64,000 bases of DNA, from IMG/VR virus record IMGVR_UViG_3300025102_000020; one strand, 5' to 3'. Made by a program: the position numbers and the translations under genes. Of this stretch, positions 9,254 through 19,482 are shown piece by piece. The notes under the pieces were generated by a model. It did not search any database, was not told where the DNA came from, and was given only the letters and a program-made list of their open reading frames with translations. Numbering within the stretch: the stretch's first letter is position 1; every line of letters starts with the position of its first letter. The DNA is from an uncultured virus (IMG/VR IMGVR_UViG_3300025102_000020). Taxonomy: Duplodnaviria; Heunggongvirae; Uroviricota; Caudoviricetes; Crassvirales.

Positions 9254-10167
9254 TGCTAGGATTGGGGTCTAATTTAAGCGCTCCTAGTATTGCTAGTGGT
9301 GATCTTCAGTGGTCCGCTACTAAATACTTATACTTACCAGGTGCTACCGGTGATTATGCTAGGGTTCAAAGTTTTAGTAATTTTATAAATAGAATATCTG
9401 ACTCAGGCGATGATGATGTAGCGGACACTATAACAGTGTCTTTCTGGGTAAAACCTTTGTGGGTTATGGGAAACGTAGGATCTAACCAGCACGTCACAAC
9501 TGGTGGTGGTACAGCAAACAGCGTTTGGTTTCCTGTTTTTGGTAATACTTCTACAGAAAAAGACAGACTTAGAATATATTACCACATGGACACAAACACT
9601 GGTACCGATAAAAACAGACTGGTAGTGCAAGCTATCGACGCTAGTGGTAATAAGGAAATGGACGAAGCGTTTATACACTCTACTAACAATAGTATTACTG
9701 GAGTAGGATCTTCTTTAACAGGTAGTGGTATAGCTAGTGGTTGGTGGCATAGTGAAAACAAAGGAAACGTAAACGGTGACGATTTTGTCCATTTATGCTT
9801 TGTTAGATCTTCTGGAGATTGGACTATTTATTGGAACGGCGCGGCTTTAGGATCGTCTGTAGACGTGGACACCGGAACATTAGACTTTGCAGAAGAAAAT
9901 GTAGATGAGTTTTGGATAGGAAAATCTTTCTTAAGCCAAGATCACGTTAAAACGGGATATAGAGATATAGCGTATTTTAACGCCGCGCTCAGCGGCACTG
10001 AAGTAAGAGAACTATATAACACAGGGGAATTTTTTGACGTTAGAACACATGCTCAGGCAGCTAATTTGGGCCTTTATTGGCCCTGTCAAGACGCACAAGA
10101 ATTTTCTGGAGCAGGCGCAAGCGCTGACTTAGATCTTCAAGGAAATTCATCATTTACAGGTTTATAA
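9253..10167 (+). CDS. LamG/concanavalin-A-like lectin-fold virion protein (MLGLG leader)
   Basis: TVSFWVKP, FVHLCFV, IYWNG, IAYFNAALSGTEVRELYN. Confidence 0.75.
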   Translation: MLGLGSNLSAPSIASGDLQWSATKYLYLPGATGDYARVQSFSNFINRISDSGDDDVADTITVSFWVKPLWVMGNVGSNQHVTTGGGTANSVWFPVFGNTSTEKDRLRIYYHMDTNTGTDKNRLVVQAIDASGNKEMDEAFIHSTNNSITGVGSSLTGSGIASGWWHSENKGNVNGDDFVHLCFVRSSGDWTIYWNGAALGSSVDVDTGTLDFAEENVDEFWIGKSFLSQDHVKTGYRDIAYFNAALSGTEVRELYNTGEFFDVRTHAQAANLGLYWPCQDAQEFSGAGASADLDLQGNSSFTGL

Positions 10168-10168
10168 C

Positions 10169-10858
10169 ATGTTAGGATTAGGAAATGCAATTACAGGAGG
10201 AGCGGCCTCAGGAGAAACACCATGGGCAGTTACTGATTTAAGTGATTTAGCTCATTGGTTTAAATACAACACAGGGATAACGTTAAGTTCAGGTGATGAT
10301 GTAGAGACGTGGGGTGATAGTTATGGTAGTGAAACTTTCACTTTAGACGCTGGAAAAGTTTGGAAGAACAATGGGGATTTAGATTTTATAGCAGGTACTT
10401 CTGGCGGTAGAATGGAACTCGATGGCACTTGGGACCCTGGAAGTTTTTCTGCTTATTTAGTTTTAAGATTAACCGTTGCAACCGCAGCGAACGAAGAGAT
10501 TATGAACTCTGGTAATAACGACTTCATTAGACTTAATAATTCTACGACGGCAAGAATTAAAATAGGAAACGTAACATCGAACAACATGGCGCTTCCTGGC
10601 GATGAAATAACACAAAACACTTGGTTTGTTCTTGGGATAGAATGGGATGGAACTACTATAAAAATTTATCAAGACACTGATTACGCTAACCCAACAACAG
10701 CTACCGATACTGATACTTTTGCGGGAATAAAAAACTTGGGACTAAGAGGTAATCAGTGGGGAGGACAAATGAGAGAAGTGGTATTTATTAACGACGTATT
10801 AAGTGATTCAGATAGAGAAAACTTAATGACTCATTTAAAAACTATACGAGACATATAA
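10169..10858 (+). CDS. concanavalin-A-like lectin-fold virion protein (MLGLG leader)
   Basis: DLAHWF...VETWGD...GQMREVVFINDVLSDSDRENL. Confidence 0.65.
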   Translation: MLGLGNAITGGAASGETPWAVTDLSDLAHWFKYNTGITLSSGDDVETWGDSYGSETFTLDAGKVWKNNGDLDFIAGTSGGRMELDGTWDPGSFSAYLVLRLTVATAANEEIMNSGNNDFIRLNNSTTARIKIGNVTSNNMALPGDEITQNTWFVLGIEWDGTTIKIYQDTDYANPTTATDTDTFAGIKNLGLRGNQWGGQMREVVFINDVLSDSDRENLMTHLKTIRDI

Positions 10859-10878
10859 TAACAATTAAATTAAATAAA

Positions 10879-11136
10879 ATGGCAAAAACAAAAAAGGCTA
10901 AAAAGCCTCAAAAAATCAATCTAGATCACCTAGATAAATTACAAAGCGTTGTAAACGAAATAAACAAAGCACAAATGCAAATTGGTATATTCCAAACAAA
11001 CATACATAATCTACTGCATCACGTTGCTGGAAAAAACGATGAACTAACTTTTATAAAAACTGAGCTCGAAAAAGAATACGGAACTGCTGATGTAAATATT
11101 TTAGACGGTACGATAAATTACGATGAGGTTAATTAG
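10879..11136 (+). CDS. hypothetical coiled-coil protein
   Basis: ORF ending LEKEYG..VNILDGTI. Confidence 0.65.
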   Translation: MAKTKKAKKPQKINLDHLDKLQSVVNEINKAQMQIGIFQTNIHNLLHHVAGKNDELTFIKTELEKEYGTADVNILDGTINYDEVN

Positions 11137-11341
11137 GAAGATTACAATAGGAAAAGACTACAAAAACGATGCCATGCATTATGCTGTTGGTCAAGAAGTT
11201 TACGGTGGACACACGATATCTGATATAATAGAAGAAAAAGATAAGTATTCTGTTTATATTAAAAAGAAAAAAGACGTGTTGCCTTGGAAAGACTTCAACA
11301 AGAACATGGCAATATCAATAGAGTATAATTTAGAATACTAA
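11123..11341 (+). CDS. hypothetical phage protein
   Basis: IRKITIGKDYKNDAMHY; coupled to neighbours. Confidence 0.7.
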   Translation: MRLIRKITIGKDYKNDAMHYAVGQEVYGGHTISDIIEEKDKYSVYIKKKKDVLPWKDFNKNMAISIEYNLEY

Positions 11342-11943
11342 TGAAAGCGCCTTTTGACTTTGTTATAGAGCCAAAAGGAAATAGATATAACAATACCACA
11401 AAAATTGGAGATAAAGATCTTATATTGAACACCGAGATATTTAATCATCAATTTGTAAATAGAGAGGCTATTGTTAGATCCATTCCTACGGCTTTTGAAA
11501 CAGAGATAAAACCTGGAGACACCATCGTCACGCACCACAACGTGTTTAGACGCTGGCATGATGTTAGAGGTAACGAAAAGAACAGTAGAAGCTACTTTAA
11601 CGAAAACACCTATCTTGTGAAAGAAGACCAAGTGTTTTTATATAAAAGAGATGGAAGTTGGAAAGCTCCGAAAGGATACTGTTTTGTACAACCTATAAAA
11701 GAAAGAAACTCACTAAGAGTAGACAAGGAAGAATCTTGTATAGGCATAATAAAATACACAGACGGAACGTATGAAAAAGAAGATTTAGTAGGTTTTACAC
11801 CTTTTTCAACATACGAGTTTGTAGTAGATGGAAAGAGACTATATAGAGTTATGACACAATTTATTACAATTAAATATGAATATCAAGGAAACGAAGAAGA
11901 ATATAATCCAAGCTGGGCAGAGAGCAGTGGAGGAGTTGATTAA
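11341..11943 (+). CDS. GroES-like protein (possibly two GroES-like units)
   Basis: FVIEP...IKPGDTIV and CFVQPI...EDLVGF patterns reminiscent of GroES fold. Confidence 0.5.
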   Translation: MKAPFDFVIEPKGNRYNNTTKIGDKDLILNTEIFNHQFVNREAIVRSIPTAFETEIKPGDTIVTHHNVFRRWHDVRGNEKNSRSYFNENTYLVKEDQVFLYKRDGSWKAPKGYCFVQPIKERNSLRVDKEESCIGIIKYTDGTYEKEDLVGFTPFSTYEFVVDGKRLYRVMTQFITIKYEYQGNEEEYNPSWAESSGGVD

Positions 11944-12151
11944 AGTCGCTAAAGAACCTATTGTAGATTCAGACGACGATATATCAGCTGATAGGTTAAA
12001 AAATGCCGCAGCTACTAAAAAACTAGCTATATTTGACGCATTTGAAATACTCACAAGAATCCAAGAAGAAGAAAACCTGCTTGAGGGCAAAGCACCTGAA
12101 GAGGGAAAGAAAAAAGTCTTTAAAGGATTCGCAGAAGGTAGATCTAAGTAA
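11876..12151 (+). CDS. putative terminase small subunit
   Basis: small helical ORF whose stop overlaps the terL start. Confidence 0.5.
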   Translation: MNIKETKKNIIQAGQRAVEELIKVAKEPIVDSDDDISADRLKNAAATKKLAIFDAFEILTRIQEEENLLEGKAPEEGKKKVFKGFAEGRSK

Positions 12152-14367
12152 TGTACAAGCAAAGTTTAGTTAAGACCGTAGAGCCCATTAAAAAAACCAC
12201 GATCACTAGAATGAATCGAGGCAAGAAATGGAAGTACGGATACAATAAAGAACACGACTTAATTGTGTTATCACACAATGGAGTTATAGGTGAAATTATA
12301 GAGATACAAAATTTAATTATAGCGCTACCGAAACCACCTAAAGAAGTATATACGCATCCAAAGAATAAATGGGTTAAGCAGGAATATCCTAAAGAGCTCC
12401 AGAGGATCAAAAACATATTCGATTGGAGGGGTTATCCGGAAAACAATAAAGAAAAATGGTACGATTACATAGACGAAGAATTTAAACGACGAGAGGAGGG
12501 TTTCTGGTTTATGAATAATGGTAAACCAACCTGGATAACCGGTACGCACTATATGTATTTACAATGGAGTAAAATTGATGTTGGAGCTCCAGATTATAGA
12601 GAGGCAAATAGATTATTCTTTATATTTTGGGAGGCCTGTAAAGCAGACAAAAGATGCTATGGTATGTGCTACCTTAAAAACCGTAGATCAGGATTTTCTT
12701 TCATGTCGTCGGCGGAAACAGTTAATTTAGCCACTATATCAAGTGATAGTAGATATGGTATATTGTCAAAAACTGGTGCAGATGCGAAAAAAATGTTTAC
12801 AGATAAAGTTGTTCCTATATCGATTAATTATCCGTTCTTTTTTAAACCTATCCAAGATGGTATGGATCGGCCAAAATCCGAACTTGCTTACAGAGTACCT
12901 GCTAGTAAGTTTACAAGAAAGAAGATCACGTCGAATGAGCAGCTCGAAGATATTAAAGGACTAGATACGACTATAGACTGGAAAAACACAGGAGACAATA
13001 GTTATGATGGTGAAAAATTAAACTTATTAGTGCACGATGAAAGCGGTAAATGGGAAAGACCAGACAATATATTAAACAACTGGAGGGTTACAAAAACCTG
13101 TTTAAGATTAGGTAGTAGAATAGTAGGAAAATGTATGATGGGCTCAACTTCTAACGCCCTTGACAAAGGAGGAGACAACTTTAAAAAACTATACAATGCT
13201 TCAGATGTTACCTCAAGAAATCGTAATGGACAAACAAAATCTGGTTTATATTCTTTGTTTATCCCAATGGAATGGAACTACGAAGGATTTATTGACGAAT
13301 ACGGATATCCAGTTTTTAATAGTCCAGATAATGATGTACTCGGACCAGATGGTGAATTAATAGATTACGGTATAATAGAACACTGGGAAAACGAAGTTGA
13401 AGGGTTAAAATCTGATCACGATGGCTTAAACGAGTTTTATAGACAGTTTCCAAGAACAACAGAGCACGCGTTTAGGGATGAGGCTAAAAACAGTATATTT
13501 AATCTAGTTAAACTTTACGAGCAAATAGATTACAACGAAGGAGTAGGTAGCGTTGCGAATATAAGCACTGGAAATTTCCAATGGGTTAATGGAGTGAAAG
13601 ACACGCAAGTTATATTTTATCCAGATCCAAAAGGTAGGTTTAAAATAAGTTGGACGCCACCTCAACATTTACAAAACAAGAGTATAGAAAAGAAAGGGAT
13701 AAAATACCCAGCAAATGAACACATGGGAGCCTTTGGGTGCGATAGTTACGACATATCAGGAACAGTAGACGGAAGAGGATCAAACGGAGCATTACACGGT
13801 TTAACTAAGTTTTCAATGGAAGACGCCCCTCCAAATCAGTTCTTTTTAGAATATGTAGCAAGACCACAAACAGCGGAGATATTCTTTGAAGATGTATTGA
13901 TGGCATGTGTGTTTTATGGTATGCCTTTATTGTGTGAGAACAACAAACCTAGACTTTTGTATCACTTTAGAAGAAGAGGTTATAGAGGTTACTCTATGAA
14001 CAGACCGGACAAGTTATGGAACAAACTTTCTGTAGCTGAAAAAGAAATAGGTGGGATACCAAACTCAAGTGAAGACATCAAGCAGGCTCACGCTGCTGCT
14101 ATTGAAATGTATGTACAGAGTCACGTTGGTCATTTAGGCGATGGTAATTATGGTGCTATGTACTTTAATAGAACGCTAAATGACTGGGCTAGATTTGACA
14201 TAACAAAAAGAACAAAGTTCGATGCTACTATTAGTTCCGGACTAGCCATAATGGCTTGCAATAGGCATTTGTATAGACCTAACGCGAAAATTGAAAAACC
14301 AAAATTAAACATAAACATTGCTAAGTACTCAAATAGAGGTGATGTTTCAAGAATAATCAAAAATTAA
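12151..14367 (+). CDS. terL: terminase large subunit
   Basis: LKNRRSGFS Walker A-like, LLVHDESGKW Walker B, GSTSN coupling motif, FGCDSYD nuclease, C-terminal FDATIS. Confidence 0.9.
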   Translation: MYKQSLVKTVEPIKKTTITRMNRGKKWKYGYNKEHDLIVLSHNGVIGEIIEIQNLIIALPKPPKEVYTHPKNKWVKQEYPKELQRIKNIFDWRGYPENNKEKWYDYIDEEFKRREEGFWFMNNGKPTWITGTHYMYLQWSKIDVGAPDYREANRLFFIFWEACKADKRCYGMCYLKNRRSGFSFMSSAETVNLATISSDSRYGILSKTGADAKKMFTDKVVPISINYPFFFKPIQDGMDRPKSELAYRVPASKFTRKKITSNEQLEDIKGLDTTIDWKNTGDNSYDGEKLNLLVHDESGKWERPDNILNNWRVTKTCLRLGSRIVGKCMMGSTSNALDKGGDNFKKLYNASDVTSRNRNGQTKSGLYSLFIPMEWNYEGFIDEYGYPVFNSPDNDVLGPDGELIDYGIIEHWENEVEGLKSDHDGLNEFYRQFPRTTEHAFRDEAKNSIFNLVKLYEQIDYNEGVGSVANISTGNFQWVNGVKDTQVIFYPDPKGRFKISWTPPQHLQNKSIEKKGIKYPANEHMGAFGCDSYDISGTVDGRGSNGALHGLTKFSMEDAPPNQFFLEYVARPQTAEIFFEDVLMACVFYGMPLLCENNKPRLLYHFRRRGYRGYSMNRPDKLWNKLSVAEKEIGGIPNSSEDIKQAHAAAIEMYVQSHVGHLGDGNYGAMYFNRTLNDWARFDITKRTKFDATISSGLAIMACNRHLYRPNAKIEKPKLNINIAKYSNRGDVSRIIKN

Positions 14368-14369
14368 AT

Positions 14370-16790
14370 ATGGCTGGAGTTATTAAAAATATTTTTCCAA
14401 GTCAAGTTGCTAAAGATTCTGAGAAAAGAAGTTTAGAATATGGCTTGAAAGTTGGTAAAGCAATTGAAAACGAATGGTTTTCAAATAGTCATGGTTATCA
14501 TGGTAGCAATAGATATGCTAACAATAAAAATAATTACCACACTTTAAGACTATATGCTAGAGGAGAACAATCTATACAAAAGTATAAAAATGAATTATCT
14601 ATAAACGGTGACTTAAGCTACTTAAACTTAGATTGGAAACCAGTGCCTATTATATCTAAGTTCGTAGATATTGTTGTTAATGGCATCTCAGAGAGAATGT
14701 ACAGTGTGAAAGCTTACGCGCAAGACCAGTATGGAGTGAGTAAGCGCTCTGCGTATATGGAGTCTTTAATGGGAGATTTACAAACGGTAGAACTAAATGA
14801 ATTAGCGAAAAGTATTGGAATTAATCTTAATGAAAACGAAGGGCCAGACTTACCAAGGACGAAAGAAGAACTAGATCTATACATGCAATTAACGTATAAA
14901 CAAGGTGTTGAAATAGCAGAGGAACAAGCAATCAACATGTTGATGGAAGGTAATAGGTATGAGTTAACAAAAAAGAGGGTTAATTACGATTTAACTGTCT
15001 TAGGTATTGGAGCGGTAAAAACATCTTTTAATACTTCTCAAGGTGTTACTATAGACTATGTTGATCCAGCTAATTTGGTTTACTCTTACACAGAGTCTCC
15101 GTATTTTGAAGATATATATTACGTTGGAGAGGTTAAAAGCATACCTATCAATGAATTGAAAAAACAATTTCCACTACTTACTGACGTTGAGTTAAAAGAA
15201 ATATCACAAGGAAAAAGCACTAGAAATAGATATATGAACAATATACAAACTGGTGACGAAGATAATAACAAGGTTCAAGTTCTCTACTTTAATTATAAAA
15301 CCTATATGAATCAGGTTTATAAAATGAAAGAAACAAAAACAGGAGGAACTAAAGCTATTAAAAAAGACGATAACTTTAACCCACCTGAAGACAAAAAAGG
15401 AGACTTTGGTAAACTAAATAAATGTATAGAAGTTTTATTTGACGGAGCTATGATAGTTGGTACTGATAAACTTTTGAAATGGGAAATGGCTAAAAACATG
15501 ATGAGGCCAAAAAGTGATTATACTAAAGTTAAAATGAATTACGCTATAGTTGCGCCGAGAATGTATAACGGTAAAATCGAATCGCTAGTTAGTAGAATAA
15601 CTGGTTTCGCTGACATGATTCAACTTACACACTTAAAGTTACAACAAGTTTTATCTAAAATGGTTCCTGATGGTGTTTATTTAGATGCCGATGGGTTAGC
15701 TGAGATTGACTTAGGTAATGGTACAAATTATAATCCACAAGAAGCGTTAAACATGTTCTTCCAAACGGGTAGTGTAATCGGTAGAAGTTTTACTTCAGAA
15801 GGCGATATGAATCCTGGTAAAATACCTATTCAAGAAATATCTAGCGGTAGTGGTGGCCAAAAACTACAAAGTCTAATACAGACATACAACTATTATCTAC
15901 AAATGATAAGAGATGTAACCGGGCTAAACGAGGCGTCAGATGGTTCTAAGCCTGAAAAATACTCATTAGTTGGTGTTCAAAAGCTAGCGGCAGCAAACTC
16001 TAACACAGCGACAAGACATATATTACAAGCTGGTTTATTTTTAACATCTGAAACCGCAGAGGCTTTATCACTTAGAATATCTGATATTATAGAGTATTCT
16101 CCTACTAGAAACGCGTTTATACAAGCCTTAGGTGCTCACAACGTTTCTACACTTGAAGAAATGTCTCAATTACACTTATATGACTTTGGAATATTTATAG
16201 AACTTTCTCCAGACGAAGAACAAAAAGCTATGCTTGAAAATAATATACAAGTAGCTTTAGCACAACAAACAATAGAACTTGAAGACGCGATAGATCTTAG
16301 AGAGGTTAAAAATGTAAAGTTAGCTAATCAACTTTTAAAAGTTAGAAGAAAGATTAAAATGGAGAAAGATCAAGTTAAACAAATGCAACTCCAACAGTCT
16401 CAAGCCCAAGCTAACATTCAGCAACAACAAGCTGCTGCTCAAATGGAAATGCAAAAAGAACAAACTAAAACACAAAGCGTAATTCAAATTGAAGAATTTA
16501 AAGCTAACTTAGAGTCTAGTAAAATGATGCAAGAAGCTCAAATTAAAAAAGAACTTTTACAGTTAGAGTTTGAAAACGACATGAGATTAAAACAAGCGGA
16601 AATCTCAAGAATGAACAACGCAGACGTTGAAAAAGAAGACAGAAAAGATAAAAGAACAAAGATTCAAGCTACGCAGCAATCAAAAATGATAGAGCAAAGA
16701 CAAGATAAAGCTCCTGCTAAGAACTTTGAACAAGAAGAACAGTCACCGTTTGATCAAGATAGAGTTCAATCGATGATGAACAATATGTAA
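14370..16790 (+). CDS. portal protein
   Basis: 806 aa directly after terL; NLDWKPVPII, IRDVTGLNE, Gln-rich coiled-coil C-terminus. Confidence 0.8.
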   Translation: MAGVIKNIFPSQVAKDSEKRSLEYGLKVGKAIENEWFSNSHGYHGSNRYANNKNNYHTLRLYARGEQSIQKYKNELSINGDLSYLNLDWKPVPIISKFVDIVVNGISERMYSVKAYAQDQYGVSKRSAYMESLMGDLQTVELNELAKSIGINLNENEGPDLPRTKEELDLYMQLTYKQGVEIAEEQAINMLMEGNRYELTKKRVNYDLTVLGIGAVKTSFNTSQGVTIDYVDPANLVYSYTESPYFEDIYYVGEVKSIPINELKKQFPLLTDVELKEISQGKSTRNRYMNNIQTGDEDNNKVQVLYFNYKTYMNQVYKMKETKTGGTKAIKKDDNFNPPEDKKGDFGKLNKCIEVLFDGAMIVGTDKLLKWEMAKNMMRPKSDYTKVKMNYAIVAPRMYNGKIESLVSRITGFADMIQLTHLKLQQVLSKMVPDGVYLDADGLAEIDLGNGTNYNPQEALNMFFQTGSVIGRSFTSEGDMNPGKIPIQEISSGSGGQKLQSLIQTYNYYLQMIRDVTGLNEASDGSKPEKYSLVGVQKLAAANSNTATRHILQAGLFLTSETAEALSLRISDIIEYSPTRNAFIQALGAHNVSTLEEMSQLHLYDFGIFIELSPDEEQKAMLENNIQVALAQQTIELEDAIDLREVKNVKLANQLLKVRRKIKMEKDQVKQMQLQQSQAQANIQQQQAAAQMEMQKEQTKTQSVIQIEEFKANLESSKMMQEAQIKKELLQLEFENDMRLKQAEISRMNNADVEKEDRKDKRTKIQATQQSKMIEQRQDKAPAKNFEQEEQSPFDQDRVQSMMNNM

Positions 16791-16818
16791 CATTTATTAA
16801 TTATTATTATATTTTATT

Positions 16819-17949
16819 ATGAAAGAAGAAAAACAAAAACCGGCAGTAGCCGAAGAACCTAAAGTAGACAATACTGTTGAAAAATTAAAGGTTAAAAAAT
16901 CTAAACCAAAAAAGTTTTCTAAACAACCAGAAAACAATACTACTAAAGTAGATTTAAAAGATCTAGCAGCAAAAGCAGAAGAGGTAACAAAAGTAAACTT
17001 AGACAAACCTGTAGAAGAAATAAAACAAGTTGAAGAACCTAAAGTTGAAAAACCTGTAGAGACGCCGTTGTTAGAAGAAGTTACAAAAGAAAAAAAGGAA
17101 GTTAAAAAAGTTCCAGAACCTCCTAAGGTTGTTTTACCAGAAAACGTTCAAAAGTTAATGAGCTTCATGAATGACACTGGTGGAGATATTAATGACTACG
17201 TTAAACTTAATACAGATTACTCTGATTTAGATAACGATACTCTTCTTAGAGAATACTATAAAACAACAAAGCCACACTTAACAAACGAAGAAGTTGACTT
17301 TGTTATACAGGACAAGTTTTTATACGACGAAGACACTGAAGAAGAGTTAGACATAAAAAGAAAAAAATTAGCCTTGAAGGAGCAAGTTGCTCAGGCAAGG
17401 AACCACTTAGACGGGTTAAAGTCTAAATACTATGAAGATTTAAAAGCTGGAAGTAGATTAACAGAAGATCAGCAGAACGCTATTGAATTCTTCAACAAAT
17501 ACAACGAGGAATCAGCTACAGGACAAAAGATGACCGAAATATTTTTGGATAAAACTAATAATGTTTTTAATGACGAGTTTAAAGGATTTGAATACAAAGT
17601 TGGTGACAAGGTATATAGGTACAACGTAAACAACGCTGAAGAGATTAAAAATTCTCAAACTGATATTAATAATTTTGTAGGAAAGTTTCTGAACGAAAAT
17701 AACGAAATGTCAGACGCAGAGGGTTATCACAAGTCTCTATACACAGCAATGAACGCGGACTCTATAGCTAATCATTTCTACGAGCAAGGAAAAGCAGACG
17801 CACTAAGAGATAGCGTTGCAAACGCTAAAAATGTGAGTATGGATCCTAGACAATCGCACGGCGAAAATGTCGAGGCTGGAGGAATGAAGTTTAGAGCATT
17901 AGATGACGATGGTGGTTATTCTAAGTTTACATTCAAAAAAACAAAATAA
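16819..17949 (+). CDS. putative scaffolding protein
   Basis: acidic, E/K/P-rich protein between portal and capsid genes. Confidence 0.55.
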   Translation: MKEEKQKPAVAEEPKVDNTVEKLKVKKSKPKKFSKQPENNTTKVDLKDLAAKAEEVTKVNLDKPVEEIKQVEEPKVEKPVETPLLEEVTKEKKEVKKVPEPPKVVLPENVQKLMSFMNDTGGDINDYVKLNTDYSDLDNDTLLREYYKTTKPHLTNEEVDFVIQDKFLYDEDTEEELDIKRKKLALKEQVAQARNHLDGLKSKYYEDLKAGSRLTEDQQNAIEFFNKYNEESATGQKMTEIFLDKTNNVFNDEFKGFEYKVGDKVYRYNVNNAEEIKNSQTDINNFVGKFLNENNEMSDAEGYHKSLYTAMNADSIANHFYEQGKADALRDSVANAKNVSMDPRQSHGENVEAGGMKFRALDDDGGYSKFTFKKTK

Positions 17950-17974
17950 ATATTAATTTAAAAAATTACAAAAA

Positions 17975-19408
17975 ATGGCAATTACACCAGGAGGTAGTTT
18001 AAATAGCACGCCGCTTCCACAGAAGCAAACGCTATCTACAAACTACATAGATTTTACAGCTGAAGCTACAGCAGGATGGGCTCAGCAATATCTGCCTGAC
18101 TTAATGGAAAAAGAAGCTGAGGTTTTCGGTAACAGAACAATCGCAGGTTTCCTTTCTCAAGTTGGAGCAGAAGAGGCTATGACCTCAGACCAAGTTATTT
18201 GGTCAGAACAAGGTAGGTTACACTTATCTTACAATGCAACTACGCATGGTTCAAACGAAACTTTTGATGTTGGTAACGACATTGACGGTCAAACAGCAGG
18301 TGCTAATCACGGTATTAGAGTTAATGACACTGTTATAATGACTAGCGCTACTAAAACTGCTAGAGCAATTGTAACAACGGTTTCAGGAGCAACAGTTACT
18401 GTAGCTACTTACGATGGAGTAGATTTACAAACTGCTATCGGTGGTTCAACAGCTATCGTAGTGCTTGTTTATGGATCTGAGTACAAAAAAGGTGATAACG
18501 GTAGAAGTGGTGCTAACACTCCAAAGTTCCAAACTTACAAAAACAAGCCGATCATATTAAAAGACAAATATGAGATCTCAGGATCTGATGCGTCTGCTAT
18601 TGGTTGGGTTGAAGTTTCAGGTGAGCAAGGACAAAATGGATACATGTGGTATTTAAAAGCTGAGGGAGACACTAGAGCTCGTTTTGCAGATTACTTAGAA
18701 ATGTCTATGTTAGAATCAGTTGATGCAACTATTGCTTCAGGTTCTACAGGTGTTGACAACTTCTTAGGAACTGACAACGAAGGCTTATGGGGAACTCAAG
18801 GTTTGTTTGCTGCTATCGAAGCAAGAGGTAACATTACTTCGGGAGTTACAGGTGTTAACTGGGCTACTGATTTAGCTGAGTTTGACGCTATTTTAGCTGA
18901 GTTTGATAAACAAGGTTCTATCGAAGAAAACATGATGTTTGTAAACAGATCTACTTCTTTAGCAATAGATGACATGTTAGCTGGTATCAACGGTGGTTAC
19001 GCTGGAGGTGCTTCTTTCGGTGTGTTTGAAAACGATGCTGATATGGCTTTAAATTTAGGTTTCTCTGGATTCAGAAGAGGTTCTTATGACTTCTATAAGT
19101 CTGATTTCAAATACTTAAACGACAAAGGTACTAGAGGTGGTTTATTAGACACTGTTAACGCTATCAGAGGGGTTATTATCCCAGCTGGTGTTTCTTCAGT
19201 GTACGACCAACAACTAGGAAAGAATCTTAAGAGACCATTCTTACACGTTAGATATAGATCTTCTCAAACTGACGATAGAAGAATGAAGACTTGGGTTACT
19301 GGTTCCGTTGGAGCTGTAACATCTGACTTAGATGCGATGGAAGTACATTATTTATCTGAAAGATGTTTAATTACTCAAGGTGCTAACAACTTTATGTTAA
19401 TGAAGTAA
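17975..19408 (+). CDS. major capsid protein
   Basis: position after portal/scaffold; WSEQGRLH, LNLGFSGFRRGSYDFYK; followed by strong terminator. Confidence 0.8.
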   Translation: MAITPGGSLNSTPLPQKQTLSTNYIDFTAEATAGWAQQYLPDLMEKEAEVFGNRTIAGFLSQVGAEEAMTSDQVIWSEQGRLHLSYNATTHGSNETFDVGNDIDGQTAGANHGIRVNDTVIMTSATKTARAIVTTVSGATVTVATYDGVDLQTAIGGSTAIVVLVYGSEYKKGDNGRSGANTPKFQTYKNKPIILKDKYEISGSDASAIGWVEVSGEQGQNGYMWYLKAEGDTRARFADYLEMSMLESVDATIASGSTGVDNFLGTDNEGLWGTQGLFAAIEARGNITSGVTGVNWATDLAEFDAILAEFDKQGSIEENMMFVNRSTSLAIDDMLAGINGGYAGGASFGVFENDADMALNLGFSGFRRGSYDFYKSDFKYLNDKGTRGGLLDTVNAIRGVIIPAGVSSVYDQQLGKNLKRPFLHVRYRSSQTDDRRMKTWVTGSVGAVTSDLDAMEVHYLSERCLITQGANNFMLMK

Positions 19409-19423
19409 GCACTTATTTATACT

Positions 19424-19454
19424 AAAAGACCGGGGCTTCGGCCTCGGCCTTTTT
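19424..19454 (+). terminator. rho-independent terminator after capsid gene
   Basis: AAAAGACCGGGGC-TTCG-GCCTCGGCC-TTTTT. Confidence 0.85.
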
Positions 19455-19482
19455 ATTTATTAATTTTATTATATATTATATT

